This document shows, piece by piece, positions 26,574 to 40,920 of a stretch of DNA of 64,000 nucleotides. Below the pieces are notes generated by a model that worked only from the letters and a program-made list of their open reading frames with translations, did no database searches and was not told the origin of the DNA. The DNA comes from Octopus vulgaris (Eukaryota), in NCBI GenBank assembly GCA_951406725.2, contig OX597832.1, forward strand, positions 65,782,001 through 65,846,000, given 5' to 3'. The position numbers and the translations under genes were made by a program. Each line of letters opens with the position of its first letter. Position 1 is the first letter of the stretch.

Positions 26574-27105
26574 GAATGAGAGAGCAGTGCATGCCCTCTG
26601 AGTAACACTGACCTAAAATATACGAGGCCCAGTATACGCATCATGAATGCCCGTCTGATGAGAGGATGCCAGGTACATGCATTACAACAATATGTGCGCG
26701 ACATGATAATCCCATATCTAGATAAATAGCGCATGCTGTTGTAGTTGGGTCCCAGTTAGCAGGTGGAATGTCATAACCCTCTCAAAAGATCCCCGAATAA
26801 CGGTTGTTTAAGGATGTTGAAGCACCCATGTTTCCAGAGGTGAATTATTCAAATCTCAAAGAATTCCTCTGAACACATGGCTATGATGCTCCCCCAAGAA
26901 CATTTGCTCGTAATCAGAGATGCACATATCGTCAGCCACCCTACAAAATGCTCAACTAGTTAAGATTGAACAACTGACAAGCAAATCCGTGGTATTGAGC
27001 AGAATATTTGCTGTAGGCCAACATTTATACCAAGACAAAACAATGTACATGATAACACTTCCAATCAGTTACGATCAGAAGCCATGAGGGCCACTGTCTG
27101 TCTCT
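26574..27105. mobile_element. ~530-bp non-coding interspersed repeat between (ATT)n and (GTT)n tracts
   Basis: Sharp GC-richer block bounded by trinucleotide microsatellites, with no credible ORF. Family not identified. Confidence 0.45.
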
Positions 27106-27134
27106 TATTGTTGTTGTTACTTTCGTTGTTGGTT

Positions 27135-27166
<32 letters not shown>

Positions 27167-28418
27167 ATTTTGCGTATGTTGTTTGGTGGGGATCGTGTTA
27201 TACATGCGGTTATATGTTTCATGTTACATATTTTACTGTCGAACTCCGATAATTGTTATGTATTTTTTGCATATTTCTACCGTTGCATGATGATTTTTGT
27301 TCTTCATACTTTGAATGGTGCCATATGTTTCAGTTTTGAATGTTGATTCGTGCTAATTTGTCGCCAGTTCCTCGAAATATAGTATTATTTCTGAAAGAAA
27401 TGAAAAACAACAGTCCCAAATATAACTGCAACAATTATAGAATCGATTTTCCATATTGTAAGAATCATTTGAGACAAAACAATCGATAGCAGAAACCAGA
27501 ATTTCTGACAGTCCCTCATTGTTCTAGTCCAAACTAATAAAATTTGATGTCGACCTGGCTGTGATAATTAGAAGACTATATTTTAAAATTGAATTCAATT
27601 TAGCAAAGCCCATATTTAATCTAACATTTCTAAAAATGGCAAAGTCAAACAATGAAATACACCATAAAATCCAACATGAGAAACACAGAACGGTCAGAAA
27701 CTTCTAAACCTGGAATTATGAATGTTATGAAACAACAATTGGAACCAATGTATGTAGAAAAACTACAATGAAATAATACCTGCCTGGTATATTACTGTGT
27801 TGGCGATGGTGCATTGAGACTGTTGAAATTGCATCATATTATAATGTCATTAGATTTTTTAAACAATTATATTCTTTTATTAAAATCATTTGTCCTTTAT
27901 AACATCGATTTCTAAATATGTAAGAGAAAATATACTAATGCATTGAGCTTCACATATGTTAGACATAGTCTGAAAATATTTGAAAATTAATAGTATTTAA
28001 TGTAATCAAAGTTGCAAAGTAGACTTGTTATGGAGGTATACGAGCAGTTGAAACGATCATCTCGACTGTTCCATGACTGGAATTGTTACTAAGATGAAGC
28101 TATTAATCCTGAGCTGCATGTGGTTAAATGAATGAGATAAAATATGTTACGACTGCCTTTCTAATTAATAAGGTCATCAAGTTTTGCTGCTTATATTTCT
28201 TAAAACTGAAAATTTATCGGACAGTGTAAGCAGCAATAATTTTATAGAAATATAAAGAGACGTGAATATATTTCAAACGCTACAACTAGAGTTACGAATA
28301 CTTAGCTATTAATGATCTAGACAGTGAACAATACACAGAAGAGGCATAATATTTTGAAATAAATAATATGGACGCTTTAAATTAATAATTAAAATTGAAA
28401 TAAAACGTGGTTATACGG

Positions 28419-28525
<107 letters not shown>

Positions 28526-28863
28526 AATATATTGGTGTGTCTGTGTCTGTTTGTATATGTGTGTGTCTATGCTCGTCTGTATAATGTTACAGACATAACA
28601 TTAAGAAGTGAACTTTAAAAGTATTCGACAGACATAATATAAATAATAAAAGGAAGCTAACTATAATATTTCATTGACTCCAAAAATACTGATTATATTT
28701 ACTACAAATACGAACTGTGCAATGCATTTCACTCAAAAGATAACTGCTGCAAAATATCTACAGTGTGAAAAATAATCTGCAAATGAAAAATAAAGGGAAA
28801 TTAATAGGAATCATGCAGGCACAAATAAATAAATCATCGACTATTTTAATATTCGTGTCTTCG

Positions 28864-29735
28864 TAAGTTGGCGAGCTGGCAGAATCGTTAGCACGCCGGG
28901 CGAATTGCTTAGGTAGTAATTTGTCCGTTTTTACGTTCTGAGTCCAAATTCCGCTCAGGTCGATTTTTCCTTTTATTCTTTCGGGGTCGATTAAATAAGT
29001 ACACACTGGAGTCGATACAATCGACTTAATCCGTTAGTCTGTCCTTGTTTGTCCTCTCTATGTTTAGCCCCTTGTGGGTAGTAAAGAAATAGGTATTTCG
29101 TATGTCTCACGATCTGAGTTCAATTTCCGCCGAGGTCGACTTTATTTTCCTCTTTTCGGGCTCGATAAATTAGGTACGTACTGGAGTCGATATAATCGAC
29201 TGGCCCCCTCTCCCAAAATTTCGGGCATTGTGCTTAGAGTAGAAAAGAATATTTTATTATTTGTAAGGTGGCGAATTGGTAGGACATTTAGTACGCCAGT
29301 TAAAATGCTTAGAGGTATTTCGTCTGTGCTACGTTCTGAGTTCAAATTCCGCCGAGGTAGACAAGGCGGCAAGCTGGCAGAATCGTTAGGACGCCGGGCG
29401 AAATGCTTAGCGGTATTTTGTCTGCGCTACGTTCTGAGTTCAAATTCCTCCGAGGTTGACTTTGCCTTTCATCCTTTCAGGATCGATTAAATAAGTACCA
29501 GTTACGCACTAGGGTCGATATAATCGACTTAATCCCTCTGTTTGTCTTTGTTTGTCCTCTCTGTGTTTAGCCCCTTGTGGGTAGTAAAGAAATAGGTATT
29601 TCGTCTGCCGCTACGTTCTGAGTTCAAATTCCGCCGGTGTCGATAAATTAAGTAGCAATTGCGTACAAGGGTATATCTAACCGACCAGTCCTCTCCCCAA
29701 AATTTCGGGCCTTCTGCAGAGAGTAATAAAGAATA
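28864..29735 (+). mobile_element. Head-to-tail cluster of family-2 SINE units
   Basis: The B-box segment (TTCTGAGT(T/C)CAAATTCC or a close variant) recurs five times, with two alternating tail types. Confidence 0.85.
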
Positions 29736-31138
29736 TTCAAGCATTCGAGGGAGGAAATAAAGTTGAAATATGTTTTATCTCTATTAGTCAGGCGATTAAT
29801 GAGTATCCATACAGTTCACAATTAGTGAACAAGTCAAAGGTAATTCCTCTAAGGTTACCCAAGTGACAGAGGGTAGAGCTGAAACCTGCCAGAAGACAAA
29901 ATTAAGCTAAACAGAGGTATGTAATGTCGGTTATTAATTCAGAAAATATCAATCGTAAGATTTAGTACGACGACATTGTAAATCTGAAATATAATCTCAT
30001 AAACGGGGACGTTATTTTTTTATATTGCAAGGAAGGAAGAACGGTGATGCTCACATTGGCTGGATTGGAAGTTCACGCGTAAGAAACAGGGATCAATAAC
30101 AAAACGCATTTTGTATTAAGAAAAAAGTTATCCGTTTTTAAATATTTCCACCATTCAATTTTCAATTACCACCCTTTGAACAGCATTCGTCGGCGTCGCC
30201 AAGAAAATGAAAGCGAAACGTAACTTTACACTTCGGTATATGTAAATAATAGATTATCACACACATATACACTGCACATTGATAATAGCTCTTTCACATT
30301 ACTATACGCGAACACAGACACACGTACATACACACACACACACTAATACCAACACAGAGACTCTCTTCACTTGTCAGCTCATGTTCCATTTATGCAACCG
30401 TTACTAGAGCAAATCACAGATATTCACTGACCCACCATACAATTTTACGAACAAGCAAAATACTGTCCTCACATTCAGAGATAAATACACACACACACAC
30501 ACAAACACACACATACAAACACACACAAAATCTGATATATACACAGACACACATAAAAGAGGTCTTTCACAAATAAGCACGCAGGCTGCCCAACGCACAC
30601 TGCATACGACACAGCAAGAAACATGCAAGCAAAATCTACATCTGCCAACATTTTACATACAATTATGTATACACATATACAACGATATGTACAAAAGACA
30701 AAGATGAAACACCTTGCGTTCAATATTCTCTCACATACATTTGCGTTTATTGTTCTCTTTCGGTATTGAGACGTATCCTCGAAAATCGGAGATCTTCTCT
30801 TGAGCTTTCGATATTTTAAAAGTGTTTTCACAGTCGTCTTCCGTAATTCTCTAAATGTTTTGATATCACCTCCTGAATTATACGTATATACGAAGAAGGG
30901 AATATATCCGAAACGCTATGCCCATGAGGCATTTTCATTTCTCTTACATCGAGCTAAAATGTTTACAGTCAATTTATCAAGTTGTATTGTTATTTTAGTT
31001 TTTAATTCGGTTTCTTCGATTTACACACACACACGCACGAACGCACGCACACACAGACACACGTACACACACAAACACAAACACAGAGAGAGACATACAC
31101 ACAGATATATACATGAGTACACTTACTGTGTGCATTCA

Positions 31139-31194
<56 letters not shown>

Positions 31195-31234
31195 AATTAT
31201 ATATATATATATATATATAAATATAAATATATAC

Positions 31235-31287
<53 letters not shown>

Positions 31288-31950
31288 TACATATATATGA
31301 ATATACACATATATACATACTCCTATGTGTATATCACTACAAGTCTATGTAGGTATGTATAATTATTCAATTATACCGCATTCAAATGCAATTTCTAGCC
31401 TCAATGATTTTGGGTTTCTCTACTTTGTTGCTATAAAATTAATCATATGTATATCATATTTATTTTGTGCATTCAATTTAATGTCCATATGAATTGTGTT
31501 CTTTATTCAGATGTCTCTTCTTTGTAAAACAAAACATACATCTATACTTAAACATAGTTCTAAATTCACGCATAAAAACTTATACGCATGTACACATAGG
31601 AGAATACGCCTATACATACGTATGTACACACATATATTTGTAAATCTATTTACAATTATGTATGCATATATCATGAATCTACATAAGCATATACGTAGAA
31701 TGTATGTATGTATGCATTCATGTATGCATGTGTGTGTGATTATGTGCGTGTGTAAATTTGGCTGAAGCCTGCCTGGTGTTACATGTTATAGTTACACCCT
31801 CGTTCACACGACAACTTAATGCAACACAACTAATAGCATACGGCTTCAACGGAATATATCTAATTATATTATATAGAAAATATTGAGGTTATATTCACTC
31901 TTATTTATCAGAAGTAACGCTGTCTCTCTCTCCCTCCCTTTCACTGTCTT

Positions 31951-32029
<79 letters not shown>

Positions 32030-32039
32030 GTTTATTCTT

Positions 32040-32330
32040 TTACTCATTTATTTGTTCCAGTCATGTGATTGCGGCCATGCTGGGGCAACGCCTTGAATCG
32101 AAAAATCCACTCCGTGACTTACTAGTTTTAAGCCTAGTACTTACCGTATCGGACTCTTTTGTCGAACCGCCACGTTACGGGGATTAAGTACACCAACATC
32201 GGTTGTCAAGCGACGGTGTGGTAAATGCCAGAGGTGCCATGGAGTGAGACTAAGCTGGGGAGCATGTGATAGTGAAGTAAGAAGCGAACTTTCTTGTTCC
32301 TTGCCACACAGTCACACCTGCACCCACCTA
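32040..32330 (-). mobile_element. SINE family 1 copy (internally deleted)
   Basis: Reverse complement of family-1 head and tail segments. Confidence 0.75.
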
Positions 32331-32436
32331 TATATATATATATATAGCTGAAATTTACAAAAACCAAAAGACGAATACAAGTGTGTAAATAATAAACAGG
32401 TGCATCAGTTTAACGCTCGGGGTGGGGGGAGAAAGT

Positions 32437-32472
32437 CTTTTACGTTTCGAGCTTACGCTCTTCACCAGAAAG
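32437..32472 (-). ncRNA. Minimal HHR-like motif, family E
   Basis: Minus strand: CTTT-CTGGTGA-A-GAGC-GTAA-GCTC-GAAACGTA-AAAG; stem I CTTT/AAAG. Lies in a PLE-type terminus (32347-32600) ending at (TA)n. Confidence 0.6.
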
Positions 32473-32721
32473 GAGCACAAGAAAATAAGCGGAGAGAGAA
32501 TAAAAAAAGAAATTTTTCGTAGTTAGTGGTTAATCATGGCGATGGCCGGACGGATGTGGTCAGACAGCAGAGCTAGGATGATGGAAAGATAATAAAGTTG
32601 TGAGAAGCATTTTGTAGAACATATTGTATAAAGGATCGTCGATAAGTTCAGAACAATGCGAAGTAAATGAAAGGCAAACAACAAGAAAACACCTATATGA
32701 ATTAATGTAGACTTACATCGT

Positions 32722-32759
32722 ATTCAATATATCGGTGTTGTGACCCCATTTTCAAGAAT
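32722..32759 (-). ncRNA. Degenerate HHR variant (U3-A8)
   Basis: Minus strand: ATTC-TTGAAAA-T-GGGGT-CACA-ACACC-GATA-TA-TT-GAAT, with GAAA mutated to GATA. Confidence 0.4.
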
Positions 32760-32782
32760 TGAAGGAATGTTGCCGATGTGCG

Positions 32783-32834
<52 letters not shown>

Positions 32835-33021
32835 TGAGTGTATTTCTACCTTGTTAACAACACGGAAAAATAAATAAATAGTTACCAGGGTAGCAAAAAT
32901 TTCACAAGAAAAGAGGTTGTAACTTCTTGTTTATAAAGGTAGAAACTTCGTGTTTACCTGGAATTTTTTGTATAACATATGAATAAATAAATGGAGTTTA
33001 ACGCAGGTGTAAATCAAATAT

Positions 33022-33113
33022 TTCGCTTTCGACACATGTTTCGAAAATTCCACTGATACTATTTAGAAGAATAAATAGTATAAACAATGCAATCTTCTCT
33101 TCAGGAAAGTGAA
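33022..33113 (-). ncRNA. Canonical-core type I HHR with long stem II
   Basis: Minus strand: TTCACTTTC-CTGAAGA-GAAGATTGCATTG..ACTATTT..AAATAGT..CAGTGGAATTTTC-GAAAC-ATGT-GTC-GAAAGCGAA. Stem I has 8 of 9 positions paired, stem II is extended, triplet is GUC. Confidence 0.8.
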
Positions 33114-33248
33114 GAAAACAAAACTCGTCAATAAGATATTTTAGCAAAAAATGATGGATTTGTACAGCAATTAACTGAACGCTATTAATATTGTTTAATA
33201 TTGAGTATCAGCGGAATTTTCGAAACATGTGTCGAAAGTAAAATATTC

Positions 33249-33304
<56 letters not shown>

Positions 33305-33679
33305 TTGTGTGTAGCAATAAAAATTCGTTGCCTCCTCAAATATTCTTGAGGCATAGTCAAACATATAAGAAATCCATTCATTGTAATATTTGAAGGCGAA
33401 AATTTCTCGCTGTCCACAAAAAGTGGAGTAGTTATACTCTCCTAAGTTTTAGTGACCGGAAAAACAATTGATGGGAACTTTGATGAGAGACAGGTCCATT
33501 TTAGCTATTACCGGCGCCATTCAGTGACTGATATATATATTTTTGGCGAGGACTTTTCACTTTGGCACTCAACTATTACAAATTTCATTTCCGAATTAAC
33601 TGAAAGAGTGGCGAAAGAATAACTGAAAGAGTGGCGAACTTTTCAATCTAGTTACTGAATCATATTCTTTTAATATTCG

Positions 33680-34225
33680 ATTAAATCGACCCTAGAGCGC
33701 AACTGATAGTTAGTTTATTGACTGCGAAAGGATGAAAGGCAAAGCCGACCTTGGCGGAATTTGAACTCACAACGTAGCGTCAGACGAAATACCTATTTCT
33801 TTACTACCCACAAGGGGCTAAAAACAGAGAGGACAAACAAGGACAGACAAACGGATTAAGTCGATTACATCGACCCAGTGCGTAACTGGTACTTAATTTA
33901 TCGATCCCGAAATGATGAAAAGCAAAGTCGACCTCGGCTGAATTTGAACTCAGAACGTAGCAGCAGTCGAAATACTGCTAAGAATTTCGGCCGGCATACA
34001 AACGATTCTTTTCTACTCTAGGCCCAAGGCCCCGAAATTTTGGGTGAGGGTGGCAGTCAATTAGATCAACACTAGTATGCAGCTGGTAGTTAATTTATTA
34101 ACCCCGAAAAAATGAAAGGCTAAGTCGAACTCGGTGGAATTTGAACTCAGAATGTATAGACAAACGAAATACCGCTAAACATTTTGCCCGGCGTACTAAC
34201 AATTCTACCAGCTTGCCGTCTTAAA
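33680..34225 (-). mobile_element. Head-to-tail cluster of three family-2 SINE units
   Basis: AATTTGAACTCA recurs at ~33758, 33940 and 34138. Confidence 0.85.
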
Positions 34226-34575
34226 ATAGCAAAATAGTAGTAAATCTATCTCGCTAGCCAACCACATACATCATCTAACAAATAGAAAAATACCATATTG
34301 GATATCCTGGGCCATTCTAGTTCCTGGGGTCCCATATCTAGGCCAGCGATCCACTACTTATGGACTCTGCCTGAAAGAAGCTCTTCAACTATTAATGCAT
34401 AATTCATGGCAATTATGAAATATATAACACAAAGATTTTACTACATGTTGCCATAGTTTCTATCGCACCTTTAAATTCGTCAATAGATCCAAATGCAAAC
34501 AAAATCAACACGCATAACAAAGCCATTCACTATCGTTACAATATATTTATATATGTATATATATATATTTAATTG

Positions 34576-34624
<49 letters not shown>

Positions 34625-34711
34625 CGTGTTTGTGTGTACGTATGTAGACATGTGCACTTTATACGTACGCTTGTATATGTGTGTGGATATGTATATATAC
34701 ATATATATATA

Positions 34712-34742
<31 letters not shown>

Positions 34743-35811
34743 GTCTCTATACATGTGTGTATATATGTATGTGTTGTATATGCGTGTATGCATATGTGCA
34801 TGTGTGTGTGTTCGCCTTTTCTTTACTTTTATCTTTTCCTTGTCTTTTCTTGTACCTCATTAGCAAGATAAGTATCTTAGAAACTAACTTGTTTCAATTC
34901 AATAATCGTTAGTTTTTGCTGTTTTTATGTTAAAATGTTTTAAAGTTTTAAGTTTATATTTTAACTTTTATTCTTTAATTTAACTTTAATTCTTAATCCT
35001 TTATCTCGTATCATTTTATTTCTACGAAGCTTTAAATACATTTCTGAATATCTGCACTATACTATTGTCCTTTGTGACGACCTCTCACGCCGATGCAATA
35101 CTTACATATCTCATTACATTTACTTTTATTTTTATTTTATTTTTACCATTTTCCCCTATCTTTTTTAATCATTTCTAACCTTTCTTTTTCTCTCTCCTCT
35201 CCCACCATACACCCACTCACAAAACACATTTATGTCTATCTTACTATATTGCTCTCTATACACATTTATATACTATCTATCGATTCACTATGATTACATT
35301 ATTCAAAATACTTGGAATTTAAACTAAGGATCTGTACCTTCATGGAAGTACCGACCAACATCCATATCCCCTGGAAGAAGATATGTTGTGAACATTAATC
35401 TCCTGCCTGTTTTCTACCTTTACTCTTTATTCTATTTTTTCTTTATAAACTGTGAATTTTCCTTGTCTAAAATGTTGATACCTTGTCTATGACGACGGAA
35501 CGCCAAGTGCGTGAACATGCTGACCTACCAACAAGACTTCAATTCACATTATCTTAATTAAATTATTCGAAATGTCTTGAGATAAACGTTCTACTGCTTT
35601 GGTATAGATTGTTCCTGTAATGTATATATATATATATATATATGTATGTATACATATACGTTTATGGTATAGTGTTGCAATATTCCTGATGTAAAACAGA
35701 CATTGTTGTATTTCGGAACGATCGCTATTTTCCCCATTTTTGCCAAATAACCATGCGCACTATATATTCATTCTTCACTCGTTAAGTACTGTTAATTTAA
35801 CTTGTCTCCAT

Positions 35812-35856
35812 TGTCCGGAAATCTTTCGACACACATCTGTGACCTCTTCGGGTACA
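35812..35856 (-). ncRNA. Degenerate HHR in fold-back element (mate on + at 35919-35965)
   Basis: Minus strand: tgtac-CCGAAGA-G-GTCACA-GATG-TGTGTC-GAAAGATTTC-cggaca. Plus-strand mate reads CTTAAGA-GGTC..GAC-GAAAGATTTC. Confidence 0.5.
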
Positions 35857-36260
35857 CTTACTTTTCTCGTGTATGATATTTCATCATTTAGCGGACCAGA
35901 AGCACGCACGAAACAGAATGTATCACTTAAGAGGTCAGAAATGTGTGACGAAAGATTTCCAGACAATGGACATGAGTTGGAATAAGAACAGTAATAAGCT
36001 AGTGGTGAACATACATATAGTCCGAAAATTTATTAGGCAAAAAGGAAAAAAACCCCAGAAAAAACATCCCGATATATATATATATATATATATATATGCA
36101 TATATAGCATTATTCTTAAACCAAGAATAATAAATTTGCACCATACAGAAGTATAGAGCAACCCTTCAGATGGATGGAAAATACTTACTTTCTTTAATCT
36201 GAACAGAAAAACAGACATTAACATATACACTCATACCCATACACACATACACACGTAAGC

Positions 36261-36313
<53 letters not shown>

Positions 36314-36410
36314 TATATACAAGTGCGCATTTTATATTATCATTATATGCATATATATGTATGCATACGTGTATATATATATATATATATTTATATATAT
36401 GTATGTATAT

Positions 36411-36448
<38 letters not shown>

Positions 36449-37019
36449 AAGAGAGAAAGAGAGAGGAGAAAGTGAGATAGATTAATATGTTACATAAGCG
36501 ATATGAGATTTTTCTATTTCTCCCGTAGCATGTCCATCTAATATATATCGTCAGAAGAGAAAGTGCGATGTTGTAATAAGATGGCAACGATTCTGATACT
36601 TCTAAATTTCCCAAAAGTACAGCTTGTATTGACAGCTTTGCCATTGATATTTTGCAAATATCATCTCTAATAATCAAGGCAAGACAACAGTAAATACTTC
36701 GTGAAGAAATCGGTAGAATTGAAAGAAAAAAATAAATCCTTGGCTTTATTTCTGATATATATTTCATACGTAACTAAAGGGGAGCATGAAGACACAAATG
36801 TAAGACAACGGTAGACAACACAGCTATTCTGAAACATACATACTCAAATGCATACAAATATATACACACACGTATGAATATATTTACATATAAACGGGTA
36901 CGTACCTCTATATGTACGTGCCTGTACACACACACACACACGCGCACACATATATATATATATACGTACTTACATACACACACATATATATATATATATA
37001 TACATATACACACACAAAA

Positions 37020-37056
<37 letters not shown>

Positions 37057-37130
37057 CACACAAATTTACTTGTAAGTAGAAAGGAAATGAAGATTGAAAA
37101 TATTCAGAAGATGAATATTCATGCATCTCT

Positions 37131-37165
<35 letters not shown>

Positions 37166-37177
37166 AACACACAGAGG

Positions 37178-37990
37178 GAAACAACATGCAATTTAATACA
37201 GGCAAATTTCAAGACCTCCGCTGGCAGTGCTCAGGGAACGCAATAACGAAACTTTGGATCAAAAGAAACGGCAATGTCACAATCACACACAGACTGCGAC
37301 CTCAGGATTGATATTACCATCAAAGCCTCGTGTCACATACATATCACTACGATAGTGTCAGTGAGCGGGCGAATAGCCGGATGGATTTTCAGAACCTTCT
37401 GAACAAGAGACCAGAAAACTATGCTGGTTCTATGGAAGACATTATTCCTCAGCCGTTTCAGCTCCCAACTGTGGTCACCCTACATTACCAGACTAATAGC
37501 GGAACTTGAGGCATTCAGCGATGTTAAATAAGGAAGGTTGCTTCAATGTAACAGCTGAGTTATTGGGAAAGAATTAGAACTCTTCTCCCTGGAGTGAAGA
37601 CGGGAGAGGTATGCAGTGATATATATATATATGAAGATCCTGGAGAGGCTGCTACCAAACTTTAGAATCGAATTGAACATTACTGCACTGGTCCAAATGT
37701 CCCAGGTATCCCATCTAGTGCGAGGACCATGTACTGCAATAGCTAGGGATTCAAAGGCCCGTAGATATTTTACATCTTGCCAAGATAACATGGAGTGGGA
37801 GGGGACGTTTTGAAGTAACAGCTTAGCCTTCTGCTATCCAACGACCCAAATCAACCAATATCAAAGAAGGAGAGTCAAAAGAGTGCATTAATGTCGACTT
37901 CACTCCTATAAGAAAATCCAGTCACATAACGTTGACCATTCAAAAGTGATCACACTGGTGTTGCCCCAGAATGGTTAGTCTTAGGGCTGA
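37178..37990 (+). mobile_element. 5'-truncated CR1/L2-group LINE remnant (RT C-terminal region)
   Basis: NNMQFNTGKFQ..., AGWIFRTF.TRD..TMLVLWKT, QLWSP, LE*RRERYAVIY..KILE.L.PNF, with frameshifts. Confidence 0.8.
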
Positions 37991-38009
37991 AAGGTGTTAA
38001 GGTATCCAA

Positions 38010-38056
<47 letters not shown>

Positions 38057-38434
38057 CGAAAACGCTAACAATTGTCTTTGTTGCTTATGAAATATCGATT
38101 GTTCATCGGACGAAGTGAGTTTATAAAATTAGTGAAAATTATCTGAAAGTATTTGCTTTGGTTAATTTGTTAGATTGTATATTGGAATGAAAATCTATTC
38201 AAGAAATGTCTATAACCGTGTAATTCAAAATCCATGACTATATAAATAAGTGGACTCCAAGTATAAAAAATATATTCGTGCTATTTTCGTATGGCATCAA
38301 GTAGAATTCAATGCTGCTTATCTCTCTCTCTATCTATCTCTCTCCCCATATATATATGTATATATATATGTATATATTTATATATATGTATATATATATG
38401 TATATATATATATGTACATACCTACCAACCAACA

Positions 38435-38506
<72 letters not shown>

Positions 38507-38507
38507 C

Positions 38508-38556
<49 letters not shown>

Positions 38557-38835
38557 ACCATCTGTGTGTAGCATTGATTCGTTTGAAGGTATCGCTGTTG
38601 AAAACGGCGCCACTTTGTGCATTAGGAATGGATATTTCATGAATAAAAATGCATTGACAAATTGGTTTGTAAATTTAGTATATGCCTACAAATATGTGTG
38701 CGAATACGTACACACACACACATACACGCATATATATATATATATATATATATACATATGTGTGTGTGTGTGAGTGTGTGTGTGTGACTGTTTGTAGTTT
38801 GATAGATATGTGTTTACGTGTGAGTGTTTATATAT

Positions 38836-38874
<39 letters not shown>

Positions 38875-39244
38875 AATATATACATATATCACGTGGCATA
38901 ATAGAAGCGCAGTAAAACTAAAATATACACTAACAATGATAACAATATTAGAAACAACAATACCATCTACAGAGGCAAGAATAATACGAAGTGCAACATC
39001 AGAAAAGATAACACAAAAGGCAACGCTTGCTCTCATATTATTAATGATTCTTTAATTCGCCTGCCGAAATAATTGTTCGCTTCACTGCTGTGCGTAAATA
39101 AAGTTATTGAATTTGACACGCACATGTACTCACACATATATTACCCCAAATTCATTTGCTCTCTATCTCACTATTTATATCCTACTATTACCCTCGCTTT
39201 AATATAGTGTATATAAAAGTATGTATGTGTGTATATAATCCTCT

Positions 39245-39278
<34 letters not shown>

Positions 39279-39319
39279 TGTGTGTGTGCGTGTGTGTTGT
39301 GTGTACTAAGTAACTAAAT

Positions 39320-40920
39320 GATTATATATAATAAATGGAATGAAGAATAAAAAAGACGACACAGCAGTAACAGTTTTCGGCAGATAAAATATTAGTTTAG
39401 CATTAAAAAAAATCTGTTTTGACGTTTCAGATTTTAGCTCTTTATCAGAAAGAACTGTGAGAGAAGCACAGCAAAACGAACATAGAAGGACGAAAACTTA
39501 TTAAGAAGAATGGGTGTAAAGGAGAGATATTTGGATATATAGTGGTTATGCTGAACAATGAGTAAGTACAAAGGGGGTGAGATTGGTAAACTGTTCGCCT
39601 GTTCCTCGAAGAAGGGATGAGGGGATTTGTGTGTGCGCAAGTGTTGTGAATGTGCTATTGCAGTATATGTATATGTGTTGAAGTGCATATTGAATGGTAG
39701 ATGTCACGGTGAGTGTGGCGTATTTATGTGTGTGTTTGTGTTGTACTAAATTGAAGTTTTTAAGCGCATATATGAGACGGTATTGACGGATATAAGGAAA
39801 TAAATTAATTTGGCAACTGCAATGAAGGAAGTGTTTTTAATACTTTGCACGTGTATAAATTTTACGTTCTTTCTCATAAAAATAAATTATCGATAAGAAG
39901 AATTAAACAGAAATTTAATAAAGAGAGAAAACTGAGTGAATTTTCTCAAAGAATTACACATATATAGTCAAGGTCTGATTTGGGTAAGAAAATAATAAAA
40001 TCCACAAAGGAGACGTAAAACCTGTGATGAAGAAATATAAAATCCATCGAGAAAAAATAACTGGTGAACTTTTGAATATAAAGACGCCACATACGTGCTG
40101 GGACCGTGACGGGTGTAGTGTAATAGGAACATGGCGTTGAGACGTCAATAAGTTTTTTTCTTTCCTTGCTTTAGGAAAAGACGATATTAAAGATAGGGAA
40201 GCCGAATCAGCATCAGATTTATCGTAGGTGTGTGATTGATGGCAAAATAAAATCAGTAGCGGTTAAGTAGAACCGACAAGTTAAGGGATAAGATTCACAC
40301 CTGTCAGCCAAAATGAAAATGACGAAATGTGGAAGTATTTGTGTGGAATGAGGTGTCACTGAGTAACGAGTGAGTGATGAGTGAGTGATAAGTGATTGAT
40401 AAGTGAGTGAGTTTACGTGTGTGCGGGAAGTGTAGCTGAGTGCGTCTGCTTTTGCTTACCTTCGACATGAATATATGGATGGATAAGCAAAAAGTGAGGT
40501 GTGTATTTACATGCATGGCACGTTTGTGTGCGTGAGCGCAGGTCCGAGTGGGTAAATGTGCGTCGGCGTGCTATTGGGTATGTGTACTTTAAAGGCACAA
40601 GGTGGCGTATGACAAGAGTTAATTTCGTGCATGCTTATATATGAGAAGAATAGTTTTATGTAGATATGGCTGTGCTCTATGACCGTATGTGGGAATAGCG
40701 TGTGAGCATGGCGTGGTTTGTATTAAGGCTAGCACAAGATGATTTAATTATACATTTCATTGTGCTTAGCCTTAGATAAATCATCTGTTATTCGAAACAA
40801 CTTTTGGCTAATGGTCTTCCAAGAATGATTAGAGCGTAAATAATTCATACACACTGTTACGTCGTGTTCATCTCTTCATACACGCAGCGTGTGCAAGGTT
40901 TTTGAATTTAAAATGGTCTT
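39320..40920 (-). mobile_element. Degenerate PLE-like element with long CA-rich (plus-strand GT-rich) tail and decayed HHR terminus
   Basis: Minus strand 39417-39452 reads ttt-CTGATAA-AGAGCTAAAATCT-GAAACGTC-aaa. The tail composition resembles family A. Only weak coding similarity near 40750-40900. Confidence 0.45.

Noticed and set aside
28864-29735. Repeat-spacer-like periodicity resembling a CRISPR array
   Set aside because: The units are long SINE bodies with pol III boxes, irregularly spaced and dispersed elsewhere in the window. No cas genes, and the context is eukaryotic.
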